NCBI RefSeq assembly: GCF_021869535.1
Contig: NW_026262690.1
Location: 38,688,001-38,752,000, forward strand
From: Mytilus californianus
Taxonomy: Eukaryota
Reading direction: 5' to 3'
DNA length: 64,000 nt
The notes beneath the pieces were generated by a model. That model was not told the DNA's origin, made no database searches, and saw only the letters and a list, made by a program, of their open reading frames with translations. The translations under genes and the position numbers were made by a program. Below, in pieces: positions 37,901 to 48,059 of the stretch. Numbering within the stretch: position 1 is the first letter of the stretch; every line of letters starts with the position of its first letter.

Positions 37901-40900
37901 AGCAGCCCCCCTCTATGGCAGTCAGCCCCCCCCCCCCCCCCCCCTCATGAAAATTTCTGGATCTGCCACTGATTTCAACAGATATGGTAAAGAACTAATG
38001 GTCAGTTTGTCCGCAAAATAGGCTCAACTATAATTTTGAATGACAAAATGAATGATAAAAAACCTAGAGAAAGCCCTCAGTGGTTTATGGAACAATTTTG
38101 TTTTGATTATTCTCCATCACCTACTTTTTATCCATATTTTCAATATTTATTTTTATTCAACAGACAAAAACAACAGAATAAGTGTTTCTTAGTTCTGAAA
38201 AAAAGTTTGTTTTTTCTATTTTCAACAGTAAGTATTCTTGTGAGTGAAGCCTTTTGGAGTGGTACGTAATGTCCTGTGAGGTGTTGTCCAATTTGGAAAA
38301 GATACTGACAATTCATTATTAACTTTTACTTTCACTTTCATTTTAACGTCGCCAAACCTATTATTGTGATGTAACGTCTTGTTAACCTTTGTAACCCCAT
38401 ATGCACAGCATTTTATGTACTTCAGTTTTTGTTTCCTATCATTAAATTGTCCTGAAGACGCCACCGTAAGTGGCGAAACATGTAGACCAGAATAAAGAAT
38501 TTCCTTGCAGTAATCTAGGATGTTGTTGTCTTTGTGTATCATTATTTTCCCAAGGTTTTAAGACAACCGCATCATACTTCCGGGTATCCATGCTGATTAC
38601 TCTACCAGCTTGTACCGTCAGAAGGTGTTGGTTCACTCGATGCATCAGTAAGTATTCTTGTTTAAAAAAAATTTCAAATCATCACACTCTTTGTGGAGAA
38701 TTTTATTTTCAGTAGCCACCCTTCTATTTACTTTAAAAGAAATCCATCCAAGAAACTTATTTAGCATGACCTCAGTTTATGTAACCACATAGATAAGTCA
38801 TCTTTATTTTTATTTGTTTTTTTTATATCTACTAACAAATTGTGATGTTTACAGGGATTTGGACATTTACTACCATCTTCTGAGGATCCATGTGTGTTAG
38901 GTGTTATATACGATTCTTCTACTTTCAAACAACATGATGCTGCAAAATATGTATCTAGTAGATATACAGTAAGTCCTCAGTTACGGTAATAATGTACAAG
39001 GGCTGATTTTAATTGTTTTTCATTAATTAGTTCAATGATAAAAATTTTACATTCTAACATAATTAACACTGTCATGTTGCCAGTGCATAACATTTGCGCA
39101 CATTACCATTACATTTGAGCGTAAAAATCATTATGTTTGCATGCAGCTTTTGATTACATTTGCTCACATTAATTTTACAGGTAAACACAGGTAAATCTTA
39201 ATAGGTAAACACATGTAAATTGTAAGGAGGAAGTTGGATTTTGAGCAGGATAAGTCCATTTTATTTTGTACATTCACCAAGGCCTGGAAATGCAAATCTA
39301 TTGAGTAAAAGTCTTAGAACAGATTTAACATGTTGGTATGTTCTGAATATTTGAAGCCCACTGCTTAAAGAAAATGAATTAGGCCAACTCCTCCATTATT
39401 ATATTTTAGGAATTGCTCCATCAGATACTCTGTTTTCTCTTTCACACTTTTACATGCAATTGCTAGTGTAAATGTTAAAATACTGTCAAGAGATACTAAA
39501 ATACATTGATGTGCTGAATAAAATTGCTCATTGTACTGAGCATGGAATGATTCAGGGCCATATGTAGAAATTCAATATGAAAAATATATAATTTAAAATT
39601 ATGAATATGTTCAAAATTAATAACCATCAACATATTCATTATGAATCATCTTTATAATTACCTGTTTTACCTGTAAAATGAATGCACACAAATGTTATCA
39701 AAAGCTGCGCGCAAATGTAATGCACCCCATGTTGCCTAATAGATGTTAAACAGAATATTTTTTTCATAACATTCTAAATACATTTTTTTTATATGCAATA
39801 TCTGAGTAAGCCTACTTTCATATTCATATTTGTAGGACTGAACGCAATGATCCTCCAAATAGCGATGGTCTCGCTAAAGTGCAATGGATGCATTGTGACA
39901 CTATCTTGTTGATATTTAGCCAAAGTGCGATGGGCTACATAAACTATATTTTCAATGCTTTTCATGTCGATGTAGAAGTCCATTGGTTTGTTTGAAGCAG
40001 TTTTTGGTTTTTTAAGTTAATAAGGGGCTTATACACTTTTAATACTACGGGAAATGGGGTGTGAATGGTGGAGAGTGGAAAGTTTACCTTCTGTAGTGTA
40101 TTTTTTTTTCTCGAAATCTACAAAAGGTTCTTTTTAGCTCACTGGGGCCCGAAGGGCCCCATGTGAGCTTATGCCATCACTTGGCGGCCGTCGTTGTCCG
40201 TTGTCTGTCGTCGTCGTCTGTCGTCGTAAACTATTTAAAAAATCTTCTCCTCTAAAACTATTGGGCCAAATACCTTCAAACGTTAACTAAATGTTCCTTA
40301 GGGTATCTAGTTTATAAAATGTATCCGAAGTTTTGATCCATCGACAAACATGGCCGCCATGGCTAAAAATAGAACATAGGGGTCAAATGCAATTTTTGGC
40401 TTATATCTCAAAAACTAAAGCTTTTAGAGCAAATCTGACACGGGGTAAAATTGTATATAAACTGTAAGCAGCAATAATGTTCAGCAAAGTAAGATCTACA
40501 AAAAAGTTAATATGACCATAATTGTCAATTGACCCCTTAAAGACAATTTTACACAATTTGTTCATCAAGTTTGCTAACATTTAAAAATCTTCTCCTCTGA
40601 AACTACTGGGCCAATTACCCTCAACTTTTAATTAAATGTTCCTTAGGTTATCTTGTTTAAAAATTGTATCCGAAGTTTGTATCCATCGACAAACATGGCC
40701 GCCATGGCTAAAAATAGAACATAAGGGTCAAATCCAGTTTTTGGCTTATATCTCAAAAACTAAATCTTTTAGAGCAAATGTGACATGGGGTAAAATTGTT
40801 CAGTTGGTCAAGATCTATCAGCTCTGAAATTTTCAGACGAATCAAACAACCCATTGTTGGGTTGCTGCCACCGAATTTGTAGTTTTAACAAAATTTTGCA

Positions 40901-42813
40901 GTTTTTTGTTATTATTTTGAATGTTATTATAGATATATATAAACTGTAAGCAGCAATAATGTTCAGCAAAGTAAGATCTACAAAAAAGTTTATATGACCA
41001 AAATTGTCAATTGACCCCTTAAGGAGTTATTGCCCTTTAAAGACAATTTTACACAATTTGTTCATCAAGTTTGCTAACATTTAAAAATCTTCTCCTCTGA
41101 AATGCAGGTGAGCGATTCAGGCTCTTGAGAGCCTCTTGTTTTACGTATGATGGAGCGTAGCATTTTCTAAATACATACAGGTCTGCAGACTCTTCTTATT
41201 ATAATACAACAGTAAATGAGGATCTCATGAGAGGAACAAATTAAAGATAAAAGTAAACACAGGATTATATGTCCACATGCAGAAAATCAAAGAGGCAATC
41301 TCTCATTTTGTATGCAACTTCAACTAATGACATACATAGACGATAATGAATGCAAATTTATATACTAACTATGAATAAAAAATACTTCTCATATTACTTG
41401 CACATCTGTAAATTTTTAACTAGCCATCACACGTCATATAGACCAGCAAACGGACCATCACATTTCGGCAAAGACCATTGCATTTCGGCAAAGACCATCA
41501 CACTTCAGCGTCCCTATTGCACCTCCGAGTCCTACATATTTACTTTATATTTTCAGATTGTCAAAATTCAGTCTCTTTAAAGGTTTGCTTTTGATACATG
41601 CTTTCTGGGGAAAAAATTGCATAACAACTCATAAAGGGCAATGTTAATATAAGAATACCTGAAATAGCAATAACTTTGAATGAAAAGTATTAATTTTATG
41701 CAGCTTATGCATGAACATTTAGACAGCCCTTGTTTTATGTGATAAAGATATGTGCTGTTAACAAATATCCTCCGAGTAAAATTAAGATTGTCCATAAAGC
41801 TTATCCATGGTAGAGATCTTGTCTCATTGGCACTCATACCACATCTTCTTATATCTACATACTACAAGTAGCTATTTTTGGAGTTAAATGCCATGAAAGC
41901 TCATGAATAGGTAGAAGAGTAAAAAATTGACTCAAATAATGTTCATATAAGAATGATATTTGGTAGTATTTACTTCTAAAACAGGAATAAGATTTAACAT
42001 AGGTCAATAAAAGAATTGAAATTGTCATATCAACTTAAATTAACAAATGAATAACTAGTTGTTTTGCTTTAAGGTCTAGATTTTATCAACTAAAATTCAT
42101 AGAGGAGTAAAAATTTGTCTCTATACCAAAATTGTAGTCACAGAAAACATTTTTAAGCTAGACTAAGGAAGGCTGTAGAAAAGTATATTAAAGGCAATAT
42201 TTATGAAACAAACAGCTTCCTATAGCTAATTAGTCCCCTACCGACGAAGTCGAAGGGGACTTTAGGTTTGCACTCCTGTTTGCGTCTGTCCATCCGTCAG
42301 TCTGGCAAATCAGTTTTCCACACTTTTTTTCTTCATGTTGATTTGATTTTTGGTGTATTATTTTATCATGACAAGTAACAGATCAATTTCGAATTTTGTT
42401 TCGGTCTGATGATTTTGTGCAGAGTTATGGTCCTTGGACTTAGAAAATTCACTCAAATAATAAGTTTTCCGCACCTTTTTTCGTCATGCTTGAAGATTTT
42501 GATTTGAAAATTGGTATATAGTTTTATCATGACAGATCAAGTTCGAATTTTGTTCCAGTCTGATGATTTTTTACAGAGTTATGGTCCTTGGACTTAAAAA
42601 TTCACTTAAATAATCAGTTTTCAACACTTTTTTTCGTCATGCTTGAAGATATTGAATTGATATTTGATATATAGTTTACACCATGACAAGTTATAGATGA
42701 AGTTAGAATTTTGTTCCAATGCAATGAATTTTTAACCGGTTGGGGACTTTGTAATGCCATGCAATACTCACAGAATGCTTGTTATGTTTAACATATGAGA
42801 GTTTCAAGGGTAA

Positions 42814-42848
<35 letters not shown>

Positions 42849-45475
42849 TCAATAATACATACAAAATTTTGAATGTGATATAAATATTATAGAGGTTTAA
42901 AAAGATGTCATAATTCTTTTAAGCTTTTATTGCAATTATATAATAATTTGTAATTCTAATATTGAACTTCAGTCTATGCCATACCCATGAGTAAACAAGA
43001 ATTATATAAAGTATGCATTTAATGAGAATTGGAAAATTATTATAAGTTTATATTTGTAGATGATGTTAGGAGGTGCTTGGTATGATGAACTTGTGGACAG
43101 ATTAGGTAACTTGCAGGAATCAACCATCCAGGATTACGCCTGCAAAGTTTTAAGCGAACAATTAGATATAAAGATTGAGCCATCTGCTGTGGTAGTGACC
43201 ATACAAAAGGTACGATTTATCTCAGGAGATAGTATTCAAGTATTGATTTTGAGTAACAATACTTAAAAGTTTGAAGTAGTTATCCTATTCACAGTAAATG
43301 TTTATGATATAGTGCTTGTTTTTGAAATTACAAACAAATACTAGGTATGTCAAAATACAAAGAAACAACGAAGCTATGGCTGTGCCAAGTTAAAAAAAAT
43401 AGATGTTAACTTTTTAATATGCAATTACTCCAGATTATCTTCAAAGGTCTTTTTGAAGTGAGAAAAAATAACTGATCATGTACAAAGTAGCTATTTCATA
43501 CTTGACAAATAGATATTTAGAATTTTTCTTGTTTATCTATTTCTTGCTCTAGCAAGTACAGGATAGTACACATACATGAGACAAACTGATTCAAATACCA
43601 TTAGTTTTAACACATGTATATACCCTTTCTCTACTGATGTCATTTTATTAAAGCAGAATACTTCGGTTACTTTTATAAACTATTACTATATACTTACATA
43701 AACAAGTATGAACAGAAATAGATGAAAACTATGCCACATCTAGTGAACAAAAATAGATGAGATACATTTACTTTAAACATATTCTATTGTCAATAAAATG
43801 TTTCGCTGAGCGCAGCCTGATACGTCCGCAGAGGTCAAACCCTGAACAGTTGGGGCAAATTTGGACACAATATTCAAGCTTGATACTGTCTGAATTTGGA
43901 TTGTGATCAAATTTTTGACAAAATATAGGTTTCTGACACAAAATAAATGTGGTCAAAGATCTTACAAATCTATTGCACAATACTGTGCAGTTAAAGATTT
44001 CTTCTTGAAACTTTTCAAAAATTCGAAATTTGAAAAATTTTGAAAAAAAATATGAATCCCTTAAAAAAATTGTAAACAAAAAATCCCCCCCCCCCCCCCC
44101 TTCAACTTATTGAAACCCCCCTTGGAGCAATAACCCCAAAACTCAATCGCAGCCTTTCCTTTTTAGTATGGAACCTTGTAGTACAATTTCAGAGAGATCC
44201 ATACACTTAAACACAATTTATTGTCTGGAAACTAGAAAAATGCTTCTTTTTGGTCCTTTTTTGGCCCCTAATTCCTACATGTTTGGGGCAATTAACCCCA
44301 AACTCAATCCCAGCCATCCCTTTGTTATATGGAACCTTGTGGTACAATGTCAGAGAGATCCATACACTTACACACAAGTTATTGTCTGGAAACTAGAAAA
44401 ATACTTGTTTTTGGCCCCTTTTTGGCCCTTTATTCCTAAACTATTGGCCCCATAACCTCTTAAATGAATCCCAACCTTCTACTTGTGGTATTAAACATTG
44501 TGGTACAATTTCAGAGCAATCAAAATACTTATACACAAGTTATTATCCTGAAACTAGAAAAATCTTTGTTTTGGGCCCCTTATTCCTAAACGGTTGGGAC
44601 CATCATCCCCAAAATCAATCCCTACCTTCCTTTTGTGGTATTGAACCTTCTTTAAAAATTTCATAGAGATCCATTCACTCTAACTAAAGTTATTGTCCGG
44701 AAACCAATGTGTCTTCGGACGATGACGCAGACGACACCAACATCATACGATCCCAAAAAATTGTTTGCGGTTGTAAAAAAATTGAAAAATGACAATCTAT
44801 AGGACACAAAAGAAACAACCAATCAATCAAACTAATGAGGTCTTCTGGAATAAATTAGATGAACATTAAGACTGATAGGGTATTTTGTATTATTTATTTA
44901 TGATCTATATATACTGTAAATTCAGAAATTATTGCGTGCATTTATTATTGCGATTTTGTCTTTTTAGACTAAAATGCGATTTTTAATTTTGGCGATATTG
45001 AGAAAAATCCTGTTAAATTCATATCAAAAATTTCAAAATGCGAGTTTAAGTTATTGCGATTATAACCCTGTCGCATTTTTCGCAATAATAAAAACATTGC
45101 AATAATTTCTGAATTTACAGTAGCTTGATATATTACATAGAAACCTGTCTATTGTTGAACTTTATGTTCACCTTCAGATTAGGTGTTATTTTTTGTGTCA
45201 TTGGGTTGCTGTCTCATATATTGTATACCCAAGATCTCCTTTAATTCATATGTTTAAATTTATTTATTTATTTGTAGAACTGCATACCACAGTACTTCGT
45301 AGGACATAGTAAACTTGTGGAATCAATAGACAAATGTGTAGCAGACAGTGGTTTACCTTTAAGTCTTGTTGGAAGTTCTTATAAAGGAGTTAGTGTCAAT
45401 GATTGTATTAATAATGCAAAACTGACATTGAAACAATTTGATCATGGAATTAAAAAAGTTGAACTTCCTGATTAA
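22870..45475 (+). CDS. PPOX: Protoporphyrinogen oxidase, 11 coding exons, 488 aa
   Basis: Exons sum to 1467 nt with all phases consistent; motifs [72 protein letters not shown]. Confidence 0.97.
23200..26658 (-). CDS. LINE ORF2: hydrophobic N-terminus, 2A-like motif, PHD finger, AP endonuclease, reverse transcriptase (1152 aa)
   Basis: DVNPNPGP; C4HC3 PHD; APE motifs [25 protein letters not shown]; RT motifs [34 protein letters not shown]. Confidence 0.95.
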   Translation of the reverse strand: MRFSTSLIIIIITIVKYIAVEKAEVDQLQILSDDETQIKQYITANSLLTVIKQRKSPKSRPYRCNSISSYLILILLANANDVNPNPGPTQHNNSTIYPCGTCDQPVTWDHRAVRCDTCDQWFHINCQDIHSGTYSYLTADENTALRWDCIVCDSPNYNSLCYGSTSIQTENSFSPLENTLNNSTETQNRKPLHSSTPKRNNVKEKHKPFTPLRILNVNCQSIRNKQHQVENIIDSTKPDVIIATETWLDQSITNSQIFPQEYNIYRKDRKGNKTGGGVLIAINNKYLSSEVPELDTDCEIIWARIQQKGTKDLYICAYYNPKTSDVESLQAFETSVRRTNAINACQLIGGDFNLPGWNWANKCLYQGTQHTEQHYHFAEILDDNGLTQLVQEPTRNKNTLDLLITNRPCKIMRIDIIPGISDHDIVYAEMNINPVTNKQKQRKIPLYKRAKWDSMKEDMKHLHNAIQQESNTDRPDINMLWKMFKDGLETSTNKHIPAKTCKTKDKNPWITREIKSLIRRKDRAYKKKKKSNHPDDCARFKELKKTAQKSLRQAYWKYIESIITPENPEETHAPSKRFWTYIKHRKSDKSGVAPLRKNGSLETDPINKANILNEQFQSVFSTANNISNSEFYNQNHMSDSPENYPDCRDILITINGVEKQLRNLNPHKAAGPDNIRPMILKELASEIAPILTIIFNVSMETGKVPDDWRTATVTPAYKKGQKYIPANYRPISLTCICCKIIEHIVTSHIMKHAEANNILYPLQHGFRSKRSCETQLLECIDDLTKYLELGKQSDLLILDFSKAFDKVSHSLLLHKLNHYGIRGKTNSWIEAFLTNRTQVVVVEGEQSDRAKVESGVPQGSVLDPSLFLFYINDLANDLKSTVRLFADDTVVYLTIASDTDCRHLQSDLDKLALWEEKWKMEFHPEKCSVLTVSRKKKPIKWDYVLHDHVLKHETSIKYLGCTITSELDWGEHINNITSKASRSLGFLHRNLHIGSKSIKEQAYKTLVRPQLEYATTVWDPYHQKHIDQIEKVQRRAARYVTKRHRNRSSVTDMINELGWKSLQERRREARLAMMYKIVNDKVAINKDMYLQRPTRVSRHTQQHGYMVQTATKDCRKWSFFVNTTKDWNKLPPEIATAQSFETFKSQMTNLTK
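26859..27359 (-). pseudogene. LINE ORF1 remnant, SGNH/GDSL esterase-like
   Basis: 167-codon frame with one stop (27210-27212): [14 protein letters not shown]...[13 protein letters not shown]...DGVHP (block V DxxH). Confidence 0.65.
27590..27690 (+). mobile_element. Short decayed LINE ORF2 3'-end fragment
   Basis: [17 protein letters not shown], typical C-terminus of CR1/L2/RTE ORF2. Confidence 0.45.
27897..28433. mobile_element. MITE with ~100-bp TIRs
   Basis: tagtccaaataattatga...gtctggactttg versus caaagtccagac...attatttggacta. Confidence 0.75.
28648..28782 (+). CDS. PPOX: PPOX coding exon 2
   Basis: [16 protein letters not shown]...[21 protein letters not shown], 135 nt. Confidence 0.95.
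29355..29469 (+). CDS. PPOX: PPOX coding exon 3
   Basis: [11 protein letters not shown]...[17 protein letters not shown], donor gtaagt. Confidence 0.92.
30507..30652 (+). CDS. PPOX: PPOX coding exon 4
   Basis: ...[15 protein letters not shown]|gtaatt. Confidence 0.93.
31717..32052. repeat. 42-bp tandem repeat, 8 copies
   Basis: Unit gtaggctatgtccatatcatggtgggttaaccagagaaatct, near-identical copies. Confidence 0.97.
32081..32234 (+). CDS. PPOX: PPOX coding exon 5
   Basis: [28 protein letters not shown]... Confidence 0.95.
33285..33552 (+). mobile_element. HINE-like element
   Basis: tttttattatacccccgc...gcggggtat subTIR, (GTCC/GTCT)n, ends cttgttt. Confidence 0.65.
33851..34041 (+). CDS. 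PPOX: PPOX coding exon 6
   Basis: ...[19 protein letters not shown]..., 191 nt. Confidence 0.95.
34491..34697. mobile_element. Tc1/mariner-type MITE (CTGTGGATTCATT TIR, TA TSD)
   Basis: TA|ctgtgggttcatt...aatgaatccacag|TA; sister copies 33070-33275 and 36801-37015. Confidence 0.75.
35516..36058. mobile_element. Mutator(MULE)-type MITE
   Basis: ~57-bp TIR with 1 mismatch; perfect 9-bp TSD TCCATTGAT (35507-35515, 36059-36067). Confidence 0.85.
36601..36661 (+). CDS. PPOX: PPOX coding exon 7
   Basis: [20 protein letters not shown], 61 nt. Confidence 0.92.
37683..37801 (+). CDS. PPOX: PPOX coding exon 8
   Basis: [31 protein letters not shown]..., 119 nt. Confidence 0.93.
37848..37971. mobile_element. 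Fragment of CAGTGGCGGATCCAG-terminated MITE family with poly-C tract
   Basis: ctggatctgccactg end; shared gaatcactgaagcatga core with copies at 49507-49595 and 59856-60025. Confidence 0.6.
38226..38661 (+). mobile_element. Retrozyme/Penelope-pLTR-like non-coding element bounded by a 16-bp direct repeat
   Basis: CAGTAAGTATTCTTGT at 38226 and 38646 (420-bp spacing); internal hammerhead core followed by AATAAA; no convincing ORF. Confidence 0.65.
38449..38487 (+). ncRNA. Minimal type I hammerhead ribozyme
   Basis: GTC-CTGAAGA-C-GCCAC-cgtaa-GTGGC-GAAA-C-at-GT-A^-GAC: both conserved boxes, 5-bp stem II, palindromic ACATGT stem III, GUA cleavage triplet, short stem I. Confidence 0.75.
38855..38968 (+). 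CDS. PPOX: PPOX coding exon 9
   Basis: [28 protein letters not shown]... Confidence 0.95.
40131..41140 (+). mobile_element. HINE-like element with internal duplications
   Basis: tttttagctcac...gtgagc subTIR, ggggccc-gaa-gggcccc hairpin, (GTC)n microsatellite, 3' aggctc-ttga-gagcct hairpin, ends cttgtttt. Confidence 0.75.
42232..42784 (+). mobile_element. HINE-like element
   Basis: agtcccctaccg...ccggttggggact subTIR, ~120-bp tandem units, ends cttgtt. Confidence 0.65.
42818..42845. repeat. (TA)n microsatellite
   Basis: Direct reading. Confidence 0.9.
43060..43209 (+). CDS. PPOX: PPOX coding exon 10
   Basis: [11 protein letters not shown]...VVVTIQK, 150 nt. Confidence 0.95.
43790..44780 (-). 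mobile_element. HINE-like element with ~140-bp tandem core
   Basis: Repeated aaccccaaactcaatc...ggaaactagaaaaa units; GAC microsatellite; reverse-oriented fragment at 60090-60190. Confidence 0.6.
44914..45120. mobile_element. Tc1/mariner-type MITE
   Basis: TA|CTGTAAATTCAGAAATTATTGC...GCAATAATTTCTGAATTTACAG|TA perfect TIR. Confidence 0.8.
45278..45475 (+). CDS. PPOX: PPOX terminal coding exon
   Basis: [10 protein letters not shown]...[19 protein letters not shown]...ELPD*. Confidence 0.95.
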   Translation, partial: NCIPQYFVGHSKLVESIDKCVADSGLPLSLVGSSYKGVSVNDCINNAKLTLKQFDHGIKKVELPD

Positions 45476-47900
45476 GAAAATATTGATAAAAATAGTAACA
45501 GAAAAAATTTTGTTGTTTTTCTTTATATTTTCTTTTTTTTAATTCTTTATTTTAGAATATTTTGATCAAAAAAATATGAATGCTTGTTCTGTCTTTTGGC
45601 TTGGTACAGCTTGGTACACATCTGAACAGTACGTTTCCTTTAAGATGAAATAGCCTCTACTTAATCTCATAGTTATATAAAAATAAAGAGATGTGATACG
45701 ATTGCCAATGAGGCAACTATCCACCAGAGACCCAAACATGTGGATGTACACAGCTACAGGTCACAGTATGGTCTACGACAATGAGCAATACCATAAAGTA
45801 AAATAAGCTTTAAAAGGCCCTATCATGACAATATGTTAAACAATTCAAACTTGATAAGAAAAAGGCATGAATCATGATACATTGTAATTCAATAAAAGAA
45901 AAACATGTGCAGTGGGGTAGCAAGGTTATGTGTGAAGTGCACGCATAATCTGTTGTCTAAGGCCCGCCTGGAAGCTCAGAGGATTAAGCAAATGCAAAGA
46001 ACAATTTTGATTTTGGAAATTTATCTGGTCTGTCTCATTTTCTTTAGAATTATATGTGATGACAGGGTTCAGTTATACCTAGATAAAAGGATAAGTGTGT
46101 TGGACTGATTCATTGACGACAATTTAATTATAAACCAGTATAATGGGACTCAGTAAATTGTCTATTGAGTATGCTAGAGAACTCAACAGAGACAATTGAC
46201 ATTCAAGTTGTGACGCAAACATTACGAAACCTTGTAATATGTAATTGTAACATAATGTTACAAATTAGATTATATCATTGACTTAGTCATAGGCCTGAGC
46301 ATTGCTGGTTTTGGCCTGTATAATGAGACCAAAGCAGTATGTTGATGACGAAAAAAATCAATACAAAGAAGGAACACCAATAAAGCCAATAGTTGTACAT
46401 ATTCAAGATTGATTCGTACTATAAAAAAGGAGTCTGGACAACAAATCATACAGACTCATAACAATACAATTATTCCAGTTTGCTTAACATACCGAGTATT
46501 AAAGGAAATGGTTATACAAATGCGAGACAGCATTCTATCGTTGTAGATAAAAAAGGTCAAACGACACACCTAAATATCAACAAACATCCTACAACAATTG
46601 ACACAGATCTGAGAGTACTTGCAGTTACTGACAGCAAGTTCAAATCCAATAACAACTAATAAAAAAATCAAGCATCTAAGACTAAAATATCAATCAGTAC
46701 ACATCCAATGGATTTAGTGTAAAGATTAATTACCTTCAAAGGCAATAACTCTAATAAGGAGTCAACTAACAATTTAAGCCTTGACCTATTTGTAGATCGT
46801 GTCCTGCTGATTAATTTTGCTAAATTTTATTATTGACTATTTATTTTCATTTGTTGCTATGCATGTTTATTTTTTTCGGCTCCTTAGCCGCACAAAATTT
46901 ATTAGCATATTTGCACACAATTGTTTCCTGCATTTTGTCTTGCAGAATATTCATTTTGATCCAGCCAAAATTACCAGCCGGACAAGATACAAATGTAGTG
47001 ACATCCAAAGTTTCCATACAACACAAATAGTTTATCATATTGTATCATTTTATGCAAAAAAGCCAGTTGAGCGACACATGATTCTTGTAGCCTCTACTTT
47101 TCTATTCCAATATTCAACTGATGTGTGACAAACACTGACAGATAGCAGCTAAATTGCAATCACACAACAAAGTGTGATTCCTGGAATTTCTTATAATATA
47201 ATCGAAGAAGGCTTGACCCCAAAAACATATAGAACTATTGCATGAATGGTACTTTGAACTAAAATGCACTAATGTTAATTCCATTTCTCTGTTAACACAT
47301 CTTTAACCAGGCCCCAATCAATCAATAACAATTCATTAAACTTTTTTTTTAATTTTTATTTTCGTTTTATAAATGCATACATAGTAAATAAGTATATAGA
47401 AAACATAGGAATCATGAACAAACAACCATACATCATACACAACAATATGACAAAAACCATACATTCTAATCACTGATTTTGCACAATAATAATCTTTCAT
47501 TAGTATCCAAGATTTTTTTAAGATAACCAATAATGATAATACAACTTTAATAAGATGGAATTAATCTTTTCTACACTACTTACACAAAGATTTCTATTTT
47601 GCCTGTGTAGTATGATTGGTCATAAGTGCTTATTGTGTTAGTCTGAGGAGGAGCTGCATATCAGCTATCCATACATCAATAACAGACATAAAATAGTAAA
47701 GTTATCTTAACTTTTCATAACCAGAAAATGGTAAAACTTGCAAAGCATTCTAATAAGTGGCAGTTTTCAACATATTTTAAACCAAATTACAGATACTAAT
47801 AATGTAAATATTTGAGGTACAGATTGTTTGATGAGGAGTTGCATCATTTATTGATCAATTAGTAAGTTCGTGCTGAATGTTGTCTAAATTCACCAATACA

Positions 47901-48059
47901 TCATTTCTTGCCTTCAACCATTATTATATGGTATCCAAATTTAGTTTTGACAGGTGGGTCTGTGTAATTAGGATTTCCCAGAGAGCTTATAGGGAGAGCA
48001 AAAGCTGCATCTTGAAAGGGACCAACCATACTTCCTCTGATCATCCAACCTAAATCACC
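47901..48059 (-). CDS. PIN4: PIN4 exon 3
   Basis: GDLGWMIRG...VEGKK*. Confidence 0.96.
   Translation of the reverse strand, partial: GDLGWMIRGSMVGPFQDAAFALPISSLGNPNYTDPPVKTKFGYHIIMVEGKK

Noticed and set aside
46209-46475. Possible solo LTR (starts TGTGAC, internal AATAAA, several ACA ends)
   Set aside because: No matching 4-6-bp TSD found and no second copy in the window
47640-47690. CTGAGGA followed by an AGCTG/CAGCT hairpin, hammerhead-like
   Set aside because: No GAAA box after the stem; other CTGANGA hits (11328, 35297, 42410, 59078, 63186) also lack the core
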